From the NCBI GenBank assembly GCA_043799565.1, contig JAZDNP010000013.1, forward strand, positions 5,847 through 69,846: a stretch of DNA of 64,000 bases, given 5' to 3'. Numbering within the stretch: the stretch's first letter is position 1; each line of letters opens with the position of its first letter. The notes under the pieces are model-generated. The model did no database searches. It was not told the origin of the DNA and worked only from the letters and a program-made list of their open reading frames with translations. The position numbers and the translations under genes were made by a program. This DNA comes from Candidatus Brennerbacteria bacterium (GTDB taxonomy: Bacteria > Patescibacteriota > Minisyncoccia > UBA6257 > GWB1-50-10). Below are positions 55,213 to 64,000 of the stretch, piece by piece.

Positions 55213-55983
55213 TTAAAGATTCGCGCTTTTCAGATTTGCTACCAGAGTTACCATAAGCGCATCTTCCTCGTCCGCGGTTATGGAAAGCGAATCTACCGCG
55301 GCTACAACCTTCAACGGGTCCTCCCCGCTTTGAAGGATGTGGCTTGCAATCGTCGCGCGCTTTTGCCATAAGTTCATGAGTCCAAGGTGAAATGGAACGA
55401 GCGGCGAAGGGACGGTAATGGTAAGAAGGTCGCCCGCGTAGGCGGCCATTGCGTTGCGATGTAGTCGGAGCGGTGTTTCATCCCCCTCGCTTACAAACTT
55501 TGCGACCGCAGTCAGAAGAAACTCATTCACATTCCGAAAACGTTCGGCTTGAATTTGCGCGAGAGCGACGAAGTAACGTGCAAGCTCCTCTTTGTCTTTG
55601 AGCGGCGCGGTGCGGAGATCCTGTACCGTGTATGTCTTGAAAATTAAAGGAATCTCCACAACTTTTGCGATGATGGACTCCACCGTGCCTTCCGGCGGGA
55701 GCGCAATAGCTCTAGCGTCGCTTCCTGGCTGGTTCAGCTTGAGTATTTCTTCGCCGTAGCGCTGTGCAACGAGTTCGGTAAGATTCGTATCAGCGCCCTC
55801 TCCCAAAAAGCCCTGGAGGGCGGAGCCGCTTTCTCCGTAGGCGAATGCGGAACCGTTCCCTCCTCCCGCAGAAATAGTGAGAGCTTCGTTGCTGCTAACT
55901 GAAGTGGCAGCAAGCCGAGTAATAGAAAATGCACCAACCAATCCTCCCGCGAGGACGAGTATCGCGATGGTTTTCCTTCTCAT
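55213..55983 (-). CDS. Membrane-anchored hypothetical protein
   Basis: N-terminal TM, NLT, L...VP.....H...N, DPL motifs. Confidence 0.7.
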   Translation of the reverse strand: MRRKTIAILVLAGGLVGAFSITRLAATSVSSNEALTISAGGGNGSAFAYGESGSALQGFLGEGADTNLTELVAQRYGEEILKLNQPGSDARAIALPPEGTVESIIAKVVEIPLIFKTYTVQDLRTAPLKDKEELARYFVALAQIQAERFRNVNEFLLTAVAKFVSEGDETPLRLHRNAMAAYAGDLLTITVPSPLVPFHLGLMNLWQKRATIASHILQSGEDPLKVVAAVDSLSITADEEDALMVTLVANLKSANL

Positions 55984-55989
55984 TTCCCA

Positions 55990-56805
55990 TCAATTATACA
56001 CCATTTTTACGAGCATTTTGACGTGTTCGGGTGTGAGAAGAGCGGCGCGCGCATTTTCTTTGACTCCGAGTGCGCGTACAAGTGTTTTTGCGTGCTCTTC
56101 CGTGGTTGAAAATCCCTCACGGATATTGTTCAAAAGTGTTTTTCTGGGATGTCGGAACGCGATTTTTGCAATTTCAAAGCAATGAGGTGTCCACGCCGGC
56201 AAAATATTGGAATTTGGTGTGAGAGTAAGGAGCGCAGATGTAACTTTTGGAGGTGGCGAAAAGGCTCCGCGCGGGACAGTAAAGACAATTTTCGGCTTTG
56301 CCCACCCTTGGAGCGTCATCGCAAGAAGATTCATTTGAGGCGGTGCCGTGCAGGCACGTTCTGCGACCTCTTTTTGAATAAGGAGAGCGATTTTTGCGAC
56401 TGATAGGCCGCCACTGACCACTAGGTCGCCGATGAGGCGGAGAAGAAAACCGGTGAGATAGTAAGGAATATTTCCGGTAATAGAACAACCCGCCACAAGG
56501 GACGGGTGGCTAGCGGCGAGCGGAGCAAGAACCTTGCGAACGTCGCCTTCAATGATTTCAATATTTTTTTGCCCTTCGTATTTTGTGCGGAGGAACGAAA
56601 CAAGTGTGCGGTCCCGCTCAATCGCGATTATCTGCTTTGCGCCCGCGCCAAGAAGCGCGTCGGTTAGCTCTCCATGCCCTGGGCCAATCTCGACTACGCA
56701 GTCGCTCGTTACTAGTTTTTCGCCATCAGTCGCTAAGACCTCGCGCGCGATGTGAGCGAGTATGTCTTTGTCTTTTAGAAAATGTTGTCCGAGCCGAGTC
56801 CCCAT
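55990..56805 (-). CDS. rsmA: 16S rRNA dimethyladenosine transferase
   Basis: LGQHFL, EIGPG.G.LT, GNIPYY, QKEVA.R, F.P.PKV.S. Confidence 0.96.
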   Translation of the reverse strand: MGTRLGQHFLKDKDILAHIAREVLATDGEKLVTSDCVVEIGPGHGELTDALLGAGAKQIIAIERDRTLVSFLRTKYEGQKNIEIIEGDVRKVLAPLAASHPSLVAGCSITGNIPYYLTGFLLRLIGDLVVSGGLSVAKIALLIQKEVAERACTAPPQMNLLAMTLQGWAKPKIVFTVPRGAFSPPPKVTSALLTLTPNSNILPAWTPHCFEIAKIAFRHPRKTLLNNIREGFSTTEEHAKTLVRALGVKENARAALLTPEHVKMLVKMVYN

Positions 56806-56806
56806 A

Positions 56807-58345
56807 TTATTCCTGTTTTACACGATATTGGAGTGCTTCAGCGAGGTGAGGTGCTGAAACCTGCGCGGCACGGTCGAGGTCAGCGATAGTGCGCGCGACC
56901 TTGAGAACGCGGTAGTAACCGCGCGGTGAGAGAAGAGAGCGATCGAGCGCGCGTTTCAAAAGAATATCGGCATCATTTTCCAACGTTACGAATTGTTCCA
57001 CCTCTTTTGAGCTCATCTCGCTATTTGAGAAGAGCGGGCGCTCATTACCCTTGAATCGTTCCGCTTGGAAATCGCGTGCGGCATGGACGCGCGCGCGGAA
57101 ACGTTCATCGTTCCCTCTCTCGCTGCCGCTCGACGCATGAAGCTCTTCGGTGCTTATGCGCGGTACCTGAAGTTGGATATCAATCCGGTCTAAAAGTGGT
57201 CCCGAAATTTTACGCTGATAGCGGAAAACTTCCGCGGCGCTACAACGGCATTCATGGACTGGATCTTCAAAGTATCCGCACGGGCATGGGTTCATTGCGG
57301 CAATGAGCGCAAAACGTGCAGGAAATATCAGTGTTTTTTTCGCTCGCGCAATCTGAATTTCTCCGTTTTCCAAAGGCTGACGAAGTCCTTCCAAAACATC
57401 GCGATGGAATTCTGGGAATTCATCCATAAAAAGCACTCCACGATGCGCAAGAGAAACTTCTCCGGGACGCGGAGATGTGCCTCCTCCGAGTATTGCGACT
57501 GCGGAAGCGGTGTGATGCGGCGCTCGGAACGGGCGAAAGTTCACGAGCGGATTTTGTGCGGTGAGGCCCGCAGCGCTCCATATTCTTGTGGTATGGAGCA
57601 TTTCCTCGTCGGTAGGTGGAGGGAGAATCCCTGCGAACGCCTCCGCGAGCATCGTCTTCCCGGTGCCCGGAGGACCCGAGAGGAGCACGTTATGACCTCC
57701 CGCCGCTGCGACGAGGAGTGCGCGCTTTGCCGTTTCGTGGCCGCGAATATCTGCGAATGATGTTTTGCTCTGGTTTGCGCGTGGGATGAGCTGAGTTTTG
57801 GGAAGCGGTTGAATAAGCACACTCCCCTCAAGGTGCGCCACCACATCGCGGAGCGTAGCGACGGGGAATACGCGTATATCCGGAATGGCGGCGGCCTCTG
57901 GAGCGTTTTCTTGCGGAACAAAAAGTTCTTTGAACCCGTGTTCTTTCGCGAAGAGCGCAATATTCAAAGCGCCCGTGACCGCGCGCAGTGCGCCGTCAAG
58001 TGACAGCTCTCCGATAAATAGTTTGCGAGAAGCATCAAACGGTTTTATTTGTTCGCTCGCGAGAAGATACGCGAGCGCAATCGCGAGATCAAAGTGTGAG
58101 CCAGTTTTCTTTATATCGGCAGGAGCGAGATTTATGGTGATGCGCCGGTTCTCGCGCGTGGGAGGGCGAACGCCGATATGTTTGAGTGCCGAATTCACTC
58201 GTTCCTTTGATTCCGCTACCGCCTTGTCGGCAAGTCCGACGATGGTGAATGAATGGAGGCCGACGTTCAGGTCGGCCTCCACCTCGATCGCGTTCGCATC
58301 GATGCCATCCAGCTCCGCAGTGAAGAGCTTAGGAACTGTGGTCAC
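56807..58345 (-). CDS. comM: ComM/YifB Mg-chelatase-like ATPase
   Basis: IVGL.D.AV.ES.ERV, NLAPAD, GELSLDG, GPPGTGKT, RPFR.PHH, AMNPCPCG, SGPLLDR.D; start reassigned to GTG 58345. Confidence 0.93.
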   Translation of the reverse strand: MTTVPKLFTAELDGIDANAIEVEADLNVGLHSFTIVGLADKAVAESKERVNSALKHIGVRPPTRENRRITINLAPADIKKTGSHFDLAIALAYLLASEQIKPFDASRKLFIGELSLDGALRAVTGALNIALFAKEHGFKELFVPQENAPEAAAIPDIRVFPVATLRDVVAHLEGSVLIQPLPKTQLIPRANQSKTSFADIRGHETAKRALLVAAAGGHNVLLSGPPGTGKTMLAEAFAGILPPPTDEEMLHTTRIWSAAGLTAQNPLVNFRPFRAPHHTASAVAILGGGTSPRPGEVSLAHRGVLFMDEFPEFHRDVLEGLRQPLENGEIQIARAKKTLIFPARFALIAAMNPCPCGYFEDPVHECRCSAAEVFRYQRKISGPLLDRIDIQLQVPRISTEELHASSGSERGNDERFRARVHAARDFQAERFKGNERPLFSNSEMSSKEVEQFVTLENDADILLKRALDRSLLSPRGYYRVLKVARTIADLDRAAQVSAPHLAEALQYRVKQE

Positions 58346-58677
58346 ACTTTCTTTTGCTTGCAGGTCTTGCAGTGAGATGATTCCGGATCCACCGCAAGGA
58401 GTTCCGGTTCCATCTCTTTGCCGCACGACTCGCAGACGCCGTAGGTTCCAATGTTGATTTTCGCGAGCGCAAGCCGCACACGCGCAAGTTGGCGGCCAAG
58501 GACACGCTTCAGCCCTATCCATGTTCCAAACTCTTCCGCCTCATCCGCCTCCTCCTCAAAGTGGTCGGTTTCGTCGCCGAAATTCAAATCCTTTTTGAAG
58601 TCCGCGAGTTGCACCTCAAGCTTCTCTTCTTTCTCCTTCAGCTTCGCTTCCAATTTTTTGCGATCATCTCCTTTCAT
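58342..58677 (-). CDS. TraR/DksA C4 zinc finger protein
   Basis: Coiled coil with acidic tip, AL..I..GTYG.CESC...CKTC. Confidence 0.9.
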   Translation of the reverse strand: MKGDDRKKLEAKLKEKEEKLEVQLADFKKDLNFGDETDHFEEEADEAEEFGTWIGLKRVLGRQLARVRLALAKINIGTYGVCESCGKEMEPELLAVDPESSHCKTCKQKKV

Positions 58678-58787
58678 CCCGTTTAGAAATAATAGAGCAT
58701 GCTCGACCGCTTTGTGTTTGCGAGTTTCTGCTTTTGGAGGTTCATAAACATTATGGTAATGCTACCAAGATTTCTAACGGGATTCAT
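58673..58787. mobile_element. Miniature inverted-repeat element with flanking TTCAT direct repeats
   Basis: TTCAT-CCCGTTTAGAAAT...ATTTCTAACGGGA-TTCAT. Confidence 0.7.
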
Positions 58788-58843
58788 GTCGTTAAAAATA
58801 GTCCGCCGAGAGGCGGATGTCAAAGCCCGTATTATGGCGTTCC

Positions 58844-59977
58844 CTAGAAACCGAGCAGTTCCGCCGCGGCTTCGGCACCGGTGAGGTTCGTAGAGAGGAG
58901 GAGATTCCGACCAAACCATGTGTAGGAAAAAGTAGCTCCGGGGGCCTCAAATGACACCTGGGATGCCGGTTTTTCGCGCACGCTCCCATCAACCCACACC
59001 CCCTTCTCACCCGGGTCCTCAAGGAAGAAGTTCGCTAGGTCGGGGTTTGCTTGAAGCGTGCCCATCCCGTCCTGTACTGGTCCTATGGGCGCACCCGCTC
59101 TGAGCTGGACCACCATGCCGAACCAGGTACCGCTGGGCTCCGCATAGGTGAAATACGTGGCATCCTCGTCGAATGAAGAAAGGAGAGAGGAGGTAAAGAA
59201 GGTCGGCGCAATGAGGGTTGCGAGTTTTGAGAATGGAAGTATGTTCCCGGACGGCATCTTAACGACCACTTCGCTCATGAGAGGCGTGGCGACAGAGCCG
59301 GAAGGAAGCGCGGATTTAAAAGCCTGAAGCGTTGGCGCGGTAAGGATAACTTCGGTGACAGTGTCGGCTCTTGTCGTGAAAAGTGAATCGTGAGAAGAGA
59401 CGCCTTGAATGCCGCTCCATGGATCTACCACAGGCGTTTCGGGAGCTTCTCCGGTGGAAGTCGCTGATTCTTCAAACGGGTGGATTCCCGAAGTTCCGGA
59501 ATTTTCCGGCTCGGGAAGAACGGGAGCCGCGGGTGGAGGCGTTACTGCCGGAACTTCTCCCATAAAAAGTGGATAGACGAAGAAATATCCGATGGCACCG
59601 AGTGCGACCACAATGAGAAACGAAAGAACCGCAACAAAGATTTTTTTACCTCCCGTTTTAGGCGTTGCGGGCGGAATGATCGGCGAAGACGGGATGCTTA
59701 AAGATGGGGGCATGCCACCTACCGGTGGGACCGGAGGGGCGCCGCCTACCCTTGGGAATGTCCCACTCACCGCAATACCGGGAGGAGGAACAATGGGTTT
59801 TACGGGCGATGGCGTGTAAGGAGCAGGTTCGGAACCTCCCGTGCTTCGAATTGAGCCGAGGTCGGAAGAGAACGTGCGCGTTTCAAGCGACGGAGAAGGA
59901 GGTGTCACGGGACGGGGTGCGAGCGGTGACTCCCCCTCTCCAGTCCCTATTTGTGGCTTAAATGAGGATCCTTCCAT
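58844..59977 (-). CDS. Hypothetical single-pass membrane protein with Pro-rich N-terminus
   Basis: RT..SD motif, Pro-rich linker, one TM helix, extracellular domain. Confidence 0.75.
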   Translation of the reverse strand: MEGSSFKPQIGTGEGESPLAPRPVTPPSPSLETRTFSSDLGSIRSTGGSEPAPYTPSPVKPIVPPPGIAVSGTFPRVGGAPPVPPVGGMPPSLSIPSSPIIPPATPKTGGKKIFVAVLSFLIVVALGAIGYFFVYPLFMGEVPAVTPPPAAPVLPEPENSGTSGIHPFEESATSTGEAPETPVVDPWSGIQGVSSHDSLFTTRADTVTEVILTAPTLQAFKSALPSGSVATPLMSEVVVKMPSGNILPFSKLATLIAPTFFTSSLLSSFDEDATYFTYAEPSGTWFGMVVQLRAGAPIGPVQDGMGTLQANPDLANFFLEDPGEKGVWVDGSVREKPASQVSFEAPGATFSYTWFGRNLLLSTNLTGAEAAAELLGF

Positions 59978-60028
59978 ATGGAGGGATTATAGCACGTTCT
60001 GAATTCGGCGCTTCTGTGGAAAACTTTT

Positions 60029-62077
60029 TTACTTTCCCTCAAGCCGCTTCAGGGAAAGCGCGATGCGGTCGCCTTCCACCCTCACCACGAGCGCTTTCAC
60101 CTTGTCGCCCATATGTACTACGTCTTCTACCTGTTTTACGAATCCTTCGCGAAGCTCGGAAACGTGTATCATGCCGTCACGCCCACCCCCGAGGTCCACA
60201 ATGGCGCCGAATTCCAGTATTTTCACAATGTTGCCCTCCACCACATCGCCGGGCTCATAGTCCTTTACCAGACTTGAGACCATTTCATATGCGGCTTTTG
60301 CGTGCTCCGCATTCACGCTTGCGATGAACACGCTCCCGTCGTCTTCAATGGAGATTTCCACGTCGCCGCCCGCGGTCTCCACCATGCCGTTGATGGTTTT
60401 CCCGCCCGGTCCTATGACGAGCCCGATCTTTTCTACCGGAACGGTGAGAGTAAGAATGCGGGGCGCGAACGATGAAAGTTCCGCGCGGGGCGCCGCAAGC
60501 GCGCCGGTAACCGTTTTCAAAATATGAAGACGTGCCTTCTTTGCATCCGCGATTGTCGCCTTAAATATGTCTTCGGTGATGCCCACTATCTTCGTGTCCA
60601 TTTGTATCGCGGTCACGCCGTTTTCGGTCCCGGCAACTTTAAGATCCATGTCACCGTAGTGATCCTCCGGTCCTTGAATGTCGGTCAAAACCTTGAAAGC
60701 ACCTTTTCCGTCCGTCATAAGACCCATCGCGATGCCCGCCACATGCTTTTTCATCGGCACTCCCGCATCCATGAGTGCAAGACATGTTGCGCACGCCGAA
60801 GCCATGGAGGACGAGCCGTTGGAAGAAAGGGTTTCGGCAACCACGCGAATGGTGTACGGGAATTCCGTCTTCGGAGGAATTAGGTTTCTTACCGCCTTTG
60901 AGGCAAGATTGCCGTGTCCTATCTCGCGCCTTCCGGGGCCGCGCGAGCGCTTTGCTTCACCTGTGGAAAATCCAGGGAAATTGTAGTGGAGCATAAAGCG
61001 CTGATGGGTGATGCCTTCCATACTTTCCACGAGTTGTTCACCTGCGGGGCTTGCGAGCGTGACCACCGCAAGCACTTGCGTATCACCGCGCATGAAAAGC
61101 GCGGAACCGTGCGTACGTTTGAAAAGTCCGACTTCCGCATACAGAGGTCGCACTTCGTCCAGTTTTCTCCCGTCAGGACGTTCATCACGCGCCATTATTC
61201 CTTCGCGCACGTGGGCGTCCACCGCATCCTCAAATATTTGGTCGGCGTTTCCGATATGCGGTGCGGTTGTCTCGTTCTCGGCGAGCGCCGCCATGAGCAA
61301 CTGTTTCAACTCTTCAAGCTTCTTTTCTTTTATCGCCGCTGCGAGTTTGTCTTTCAGGAACTCATGCACCGCGCGAACGGTTTCGCCGTCGTGCTCGGAA
61401 ACGAGGTTCTCCATTTTCGGCTTTCCGATTTCGCCCACAATTTTCTCCTGGAATGCGATAAGCCGATCTATCTCGCGCTGTCCTTTTACAAAAAGCTCCG
61501 CTGCTTTGTCTTCCGCGATTTCAACTCCCTCAAACTCAATCATATTCACCTTTGCCTTCGGACCCGCGAAGAGCGCGTGGTAGCGGAGCGAGCCGTCTTC
61601 GTTTTTTTCGATGAAAGGAACGCCTGCTACGGGGCCATTCCAGGGAATGTCGGAAATGGAAAGCGCCGCGGAGGTCGCAAGGAGCGAGAGCGCATCGGGG
61701 TCGTGCACTTCGTCGTATGAAAGAATGGTAATGGTTACCTGCACTTCGCGGCGAAGACGGGCGTCAAAAAGGGGACGAATGGTGCGGTCAATGAGGCGTG
61801 CGGAAAGCGTGGCCTCGTCCGTAGCTCTCCCTTCGCGGCGCACAAAACGGCTTCCGAGTATCTTCCCTGCCGCATAGAAACGTTCCTCGTAATCCACCGT
61901 GAGCGGGAAATAATCGCCGGACGTTTCCTTGTTTCCTAAGACGACGGTAGCGAGCACTATCGTGTCGCCATGCTTTCCGATGACTGCACCGTTCGCCTGG
62001 TGTGCAATTTCCGAAACCTCCAATGTAACGAGGTCTCCTCCGAGCTCTGTTTCAAATATTTTCCTGTTGAGTTTCAT
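60029..62077 (-). CDS. pnp: Polyribonucleotide nucleotidyltransferase
   Basis: FPLTVDY.E, R.IDR..RPLF, R.HGSALF.RG.TQ, RREIGHG, SNGSSSMA, KH (IGPGG) and S1 domains. Confidence 0.97.
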   Translation of the reverse strand: MKLNRKIFETELGGDLVTLEVSEIAHQANGAVIGKHGDTIVLATVVLGNKETSGDYFPLTVDYEERFYAAGKILGSRFVRREGRATDEATLSARLIDRTIRPLFDARLRREVQVTITILSYDEVHDPDALSLLATSAALSISDIPWNGPVAGVPFIEKNEDGSLRYHALFAGPKAKVNMIEFEGVEIAEDKAAELFVKGQREIDRLIAFQEKIVGEIGKPKMENLVSEHDGETVRAVHEFLKDKLAAAIKEKKLEELKQLLMAALAENETTAPHIGNADQIFEDAVDAHVREGIMARDERPDGRKLDEVRPLYAEVGLFKRTHGSALFMRGDTQVLAVVTLASPAGEQLVESMEGITHQRFMLHYNFPGFSTGEAKRSRGPGRREIGHGNLASKAVRNLIPPKTEFPYTIRVVAETLSSNGSSSMASACATCLALMDAGVPMKKHVAGIAMGLMTDGKGAFKVLTDIQGPEDHYGDMDLKVAGTENGVTAIQMDTKIVGITEDIFKATIADAKKARLHILKTVTGALAAPRAELSSFAPRILTLTVPVEKIGLVIGPGGKTINGMVETAGGDVEISIEDDGSVFIASVNAEHAKAAYEMVSSLVKDYEPGDVVEGNIVKILEFGAIVDLGGGRDGMIHVSELREGFVKQVEDVVHMGDKVKALVVRVEGDRIALSLKRLEGK

Positions 62078-62084
62078 GAAATGT

Positions 62085-62630
62085 TTATTTCGCCTGCCGC
62101 GCCGTTCCTTTCTCCTTCCGCTCCCGGATCTTCAAAAGAATACGTGGAATGGTTTCAATGTCGGTGAATCGGTCGACCGATTCTTTGAGTTTCGCCGAGG
62201 CACTTCTCCGAAACGCGACTGCCTCCACCTGGCGCCCGAGTCCCCACTTCAGGTATTCCACGAGCGGCACAAAATCGCCGTCGCCGGTAACAAGAATGAT
62301 GGCGTCAACGCTGGAAGCCAAACGTACCGCATCTATCGCCATGCCGATGTCCCAATCCGCTTTTTTGGACCCATCGGGATAGATTTGAAGGTCCTTCAAG
62401 CGAAGCTCAAATCCCGTCTGTTTCAGCGCTTCAAAAAACGATTCCTCACCGAGCGCGGTGTCGCTTTTCACCACGTACGCGACGGCGCGAAGCAAAGGAC
62501 GGTTTCCCACCGCCACCCGGAGGAGTTCTTTGAAATTTACGCGCGCGTGATAAAGATTTTTCGCGGAATGATAGACATTCTGGACATCCACGAATATCGC
62601 TACCCGCTGATCGGAGTATGGAACGGCCAT
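62085..62630 (-). CDS. NYN/LabA domain protein
   Basis: FVD.QN, K.DWD....D, L.TGDGDF.PL. Confidence 0.9.
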   Translation of the reverse strand: MAVPYSDQRVAIFVDVQNVYHSAKNLYHARVNFKELLRVAVGNRPLLRAVAYVVKSDTALGEESFFEALKQTGFELRLKDLQIYPDGSKKADWDIGMAIDAVRLASSVDAIILVTGDGDFVPLVEYLKWGLGRQVEAVAFRRSASAKLKESVDRFTDIETIPRILLKIRERKEKGTARQAK

Positions 62631-62632
62631 TT

Positions 62633-62896
62633 TCAGGCGAGCTCGAGCTTTTTCACGAGCTTCGTATAAACCGGCTCATTCTCCCGCTTCACATATGCGA
62701 GGAATTTACGGCGTTTTCCCACCATCATAAGGAGCCCTCGGCGAGAATGGTGGTCCTTCTGGTGCTTCTTCAAATGGTCGGCAAGCGCCTTGATTTGGCG
62801 CGTCAAAAGGGCGACCTGAACCTCGGCCGAACCTGTATCCGTGTCGTGCCGCTGGTGTTCCTTCACCGACGTTTGTTTTTGTCTCTTTGAGAGCAT
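62633..62896 (-). CDS. rpsO: 30S ribosomal protein S15
   Basis: [23 protein letters not shown]; promoter TTGACA-17-TAGAAT at 62934-62906. Confidence 0.98.
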   Translation of the reverse strand: MLSKRQKQTSVKEHQRHDTDTGSAEVQVALLTRQIKALADHLKKHQKDHHSRRGLLMMVGKRRKFLAYVKRENEPVYTKLVKKLELA

Positions 62897-62944
62897 GCGA
62901 AAGGCATTCTAGCAGTGATTTTTTGAGGTGTCAATAATTACCGC

Positions 62945-63017
62945 CCGTTTTCCGATAGAAATTTCTGTTGGAAAACGGACGAGTGATTTTTAGTCGGATT
63001 TTTCCGATTGAAAATCA
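62945..63017. repeat. Two adjacent 34-bp imperfect palindromes
   Basis: CCGTTTTCCGATAGAAA/TTTCTGTTGGAAAACGG and TGATTTTTAGTCGGA/TCCGATTGAAAATCA. Confidence 0.75.
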
Positions 63018-63050
63018 TTGTTTTGCGACAGGAGAAGGTATACTGGTTCT

Positions 63051-63932
63051 ATGACCGAGATGGAAAAACTGGTGAAAGAATACCTGGACTACCTTGAAAT
63101 AGAAAAGGGACACTCAAGAAAAACACAGGAAAACTACGGTCGGTATCTTGCTGTATTCATTAAAGAGGCGGGAGTGAAAACGGCCCGCGCCATTACGCAG
63201 GATGTGGTTCGGAAGTTCCGACTTACCCTTGCGCGGAAGGACTTGAAGAAGGTGACGCAGAGCTATTATGTCATCGCGCTCCGTAATTTCCTAAAATATC
63301 TCATTCGACGGGGAATGGAAGTGCTGTCGCCCGAGACCATAGAGTTGCCAAAGATAGCGCGGCGCGATATCAAGGTGCTTTCTTACGACGAGCTGGAGCG
63401 GCTTCTCGCTTCTCCGAAAGGGAACGACCTCCGTGCGTTCCGTGACCGCGCGATATTGGAAACATTTTTCTCCACCGGACTCCGGCTTTCGGAACTCTGC
63501 GCACTCCCCCGCTACCTTGACCTTACCCGGGGAGAACTTTCCGTACGCGGGAAGGGCGAAAAAGTGCGCATGGTGTTTATATCCGAGCGTGCGAAGAAAA
63601 CATTGAAAGAATATTTGGATAAGCGTCCCGACACTGAGGAAAAACTTTTTGTGAGTTTGAGCCGTGCGGGGAAAGTGTTGGGTCCCATCACTCCGCGCGC
63701 GGTAGAACGTCTTGTGGAACTTCATGCGAGAAAGGCGGGCATCGCGGAACGCGTCCATCCGCACGAACTGCGGCACTCATTTGCCACCGACCTTCTTGTG
63801 AACGGCGCCGACCTTCGTTCGGTGCAGGAACTTTTGGGGCATGCGAACGTTGCGACGACGCAGATCTACACTCACTTGACCAACAAAGAGCTTCGCGAGG
63901 TACACAAATCGTTCCACGGTCGCCGGCGCTAG
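63051..63932 (+). CDS. XerC/XerD-type tyrosine recombinase
   Basis: RDRA.LE....TGLR.SEL, GKG.K.R, HPH.LRHSFAT, LLGH....TTQIYTH. Confidence 0.93.
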   Translation: MTEMEKLVKEYLDYLEIEKGHSRKTQENYGRYLAVFIKEAGVKTARAITQDVVRKFRLTLARKDLKKVTQSYYVIALRNFLKYLIRRGMEVLSPETIELPKIARRDIKVLSYDELERLLASPKGNDLRAFRDRAILETFFSTGLRLSELCALPRYLDLTRGELSVRGKGEKVRMVFISERAKKTLKEYLDKRPDTEEKLFVSLSRAGKVLGPITPRAVERLVELHARKAGIAERVHPHELRHSFATDLLVNGADLRSVQELLGHANVATTQIYTHLTNKELREVHKSFHGRRR

Positions 63933-64000
63933 TTGACCTTGCGGCACGCGGGGCGTACGGTGGAGTCATCTCTTTCACAAATTGACCAAGGGAGGCCATA

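Noticed and set aside
63051-63932. Phage or island integrase
   Set aside because: Size and motifs fit a housekeeping XerC/D enzyme; no cargo visible, though the window ends just after it
1-64000. CRISPR array, rRNA, reverse transcriptase or defence system
   Set aside because: No regularly spaced repeats, rRNA signatures or such proteins were seen

Overview
Chromosomal window from a small-genome bacterium, most likely Patescibacteria/CPR of the Parcubacteria type (inferred from gene content, a T4SS-pilin/PrgI/VirB4 cluster and near-leaderless promoters). It spans the replication origin region (rpmH-rnpA-yidC, dnaA, oriC-like spacer, dnaN) and is mostly housekeeping: trpS, ileS, argS, smpB-tmRNA, infC-rpmI-rplT, rpsT, rpsO-pnp, ruvA/B/C, polA, holA, murE, PBP1A, pilB, comM, rsmA, a Xer-type recombinase and two tRNAs. 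The least explained signals are non-coding: (1) a ~275-nt multi-helix RNA with its own promoter and terminator between rnj and trpS that lacks the signatures of the RNA families I could check by eye; (2) an inverted copy of the tmRNA 3' end, with its own terminator, bracketing smpB-ssrA; (3) a 6S-like rod RNA between pilB and ruvB; (4) a small hairpin RNA behind a perfect DnaA box; (5) a tRNA 5' fragment and long hairpin in the tRNA-Leu leader; (6) miniature inverted-repeat elements in a start codon, a promoter spacer and coding regions. Protein oddities: IleRS with a GLHH motif and an inserted histidine phosphatase domain, ArgRS with TLAN replacing HIGH, a cysteine-free family-4 UDG, a membrane-anchored Clp ATPase with a degenerate first Walker B, and dnaA split by a homopolymer frameshift. 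All calls come from reading motifs; no database searches were run.
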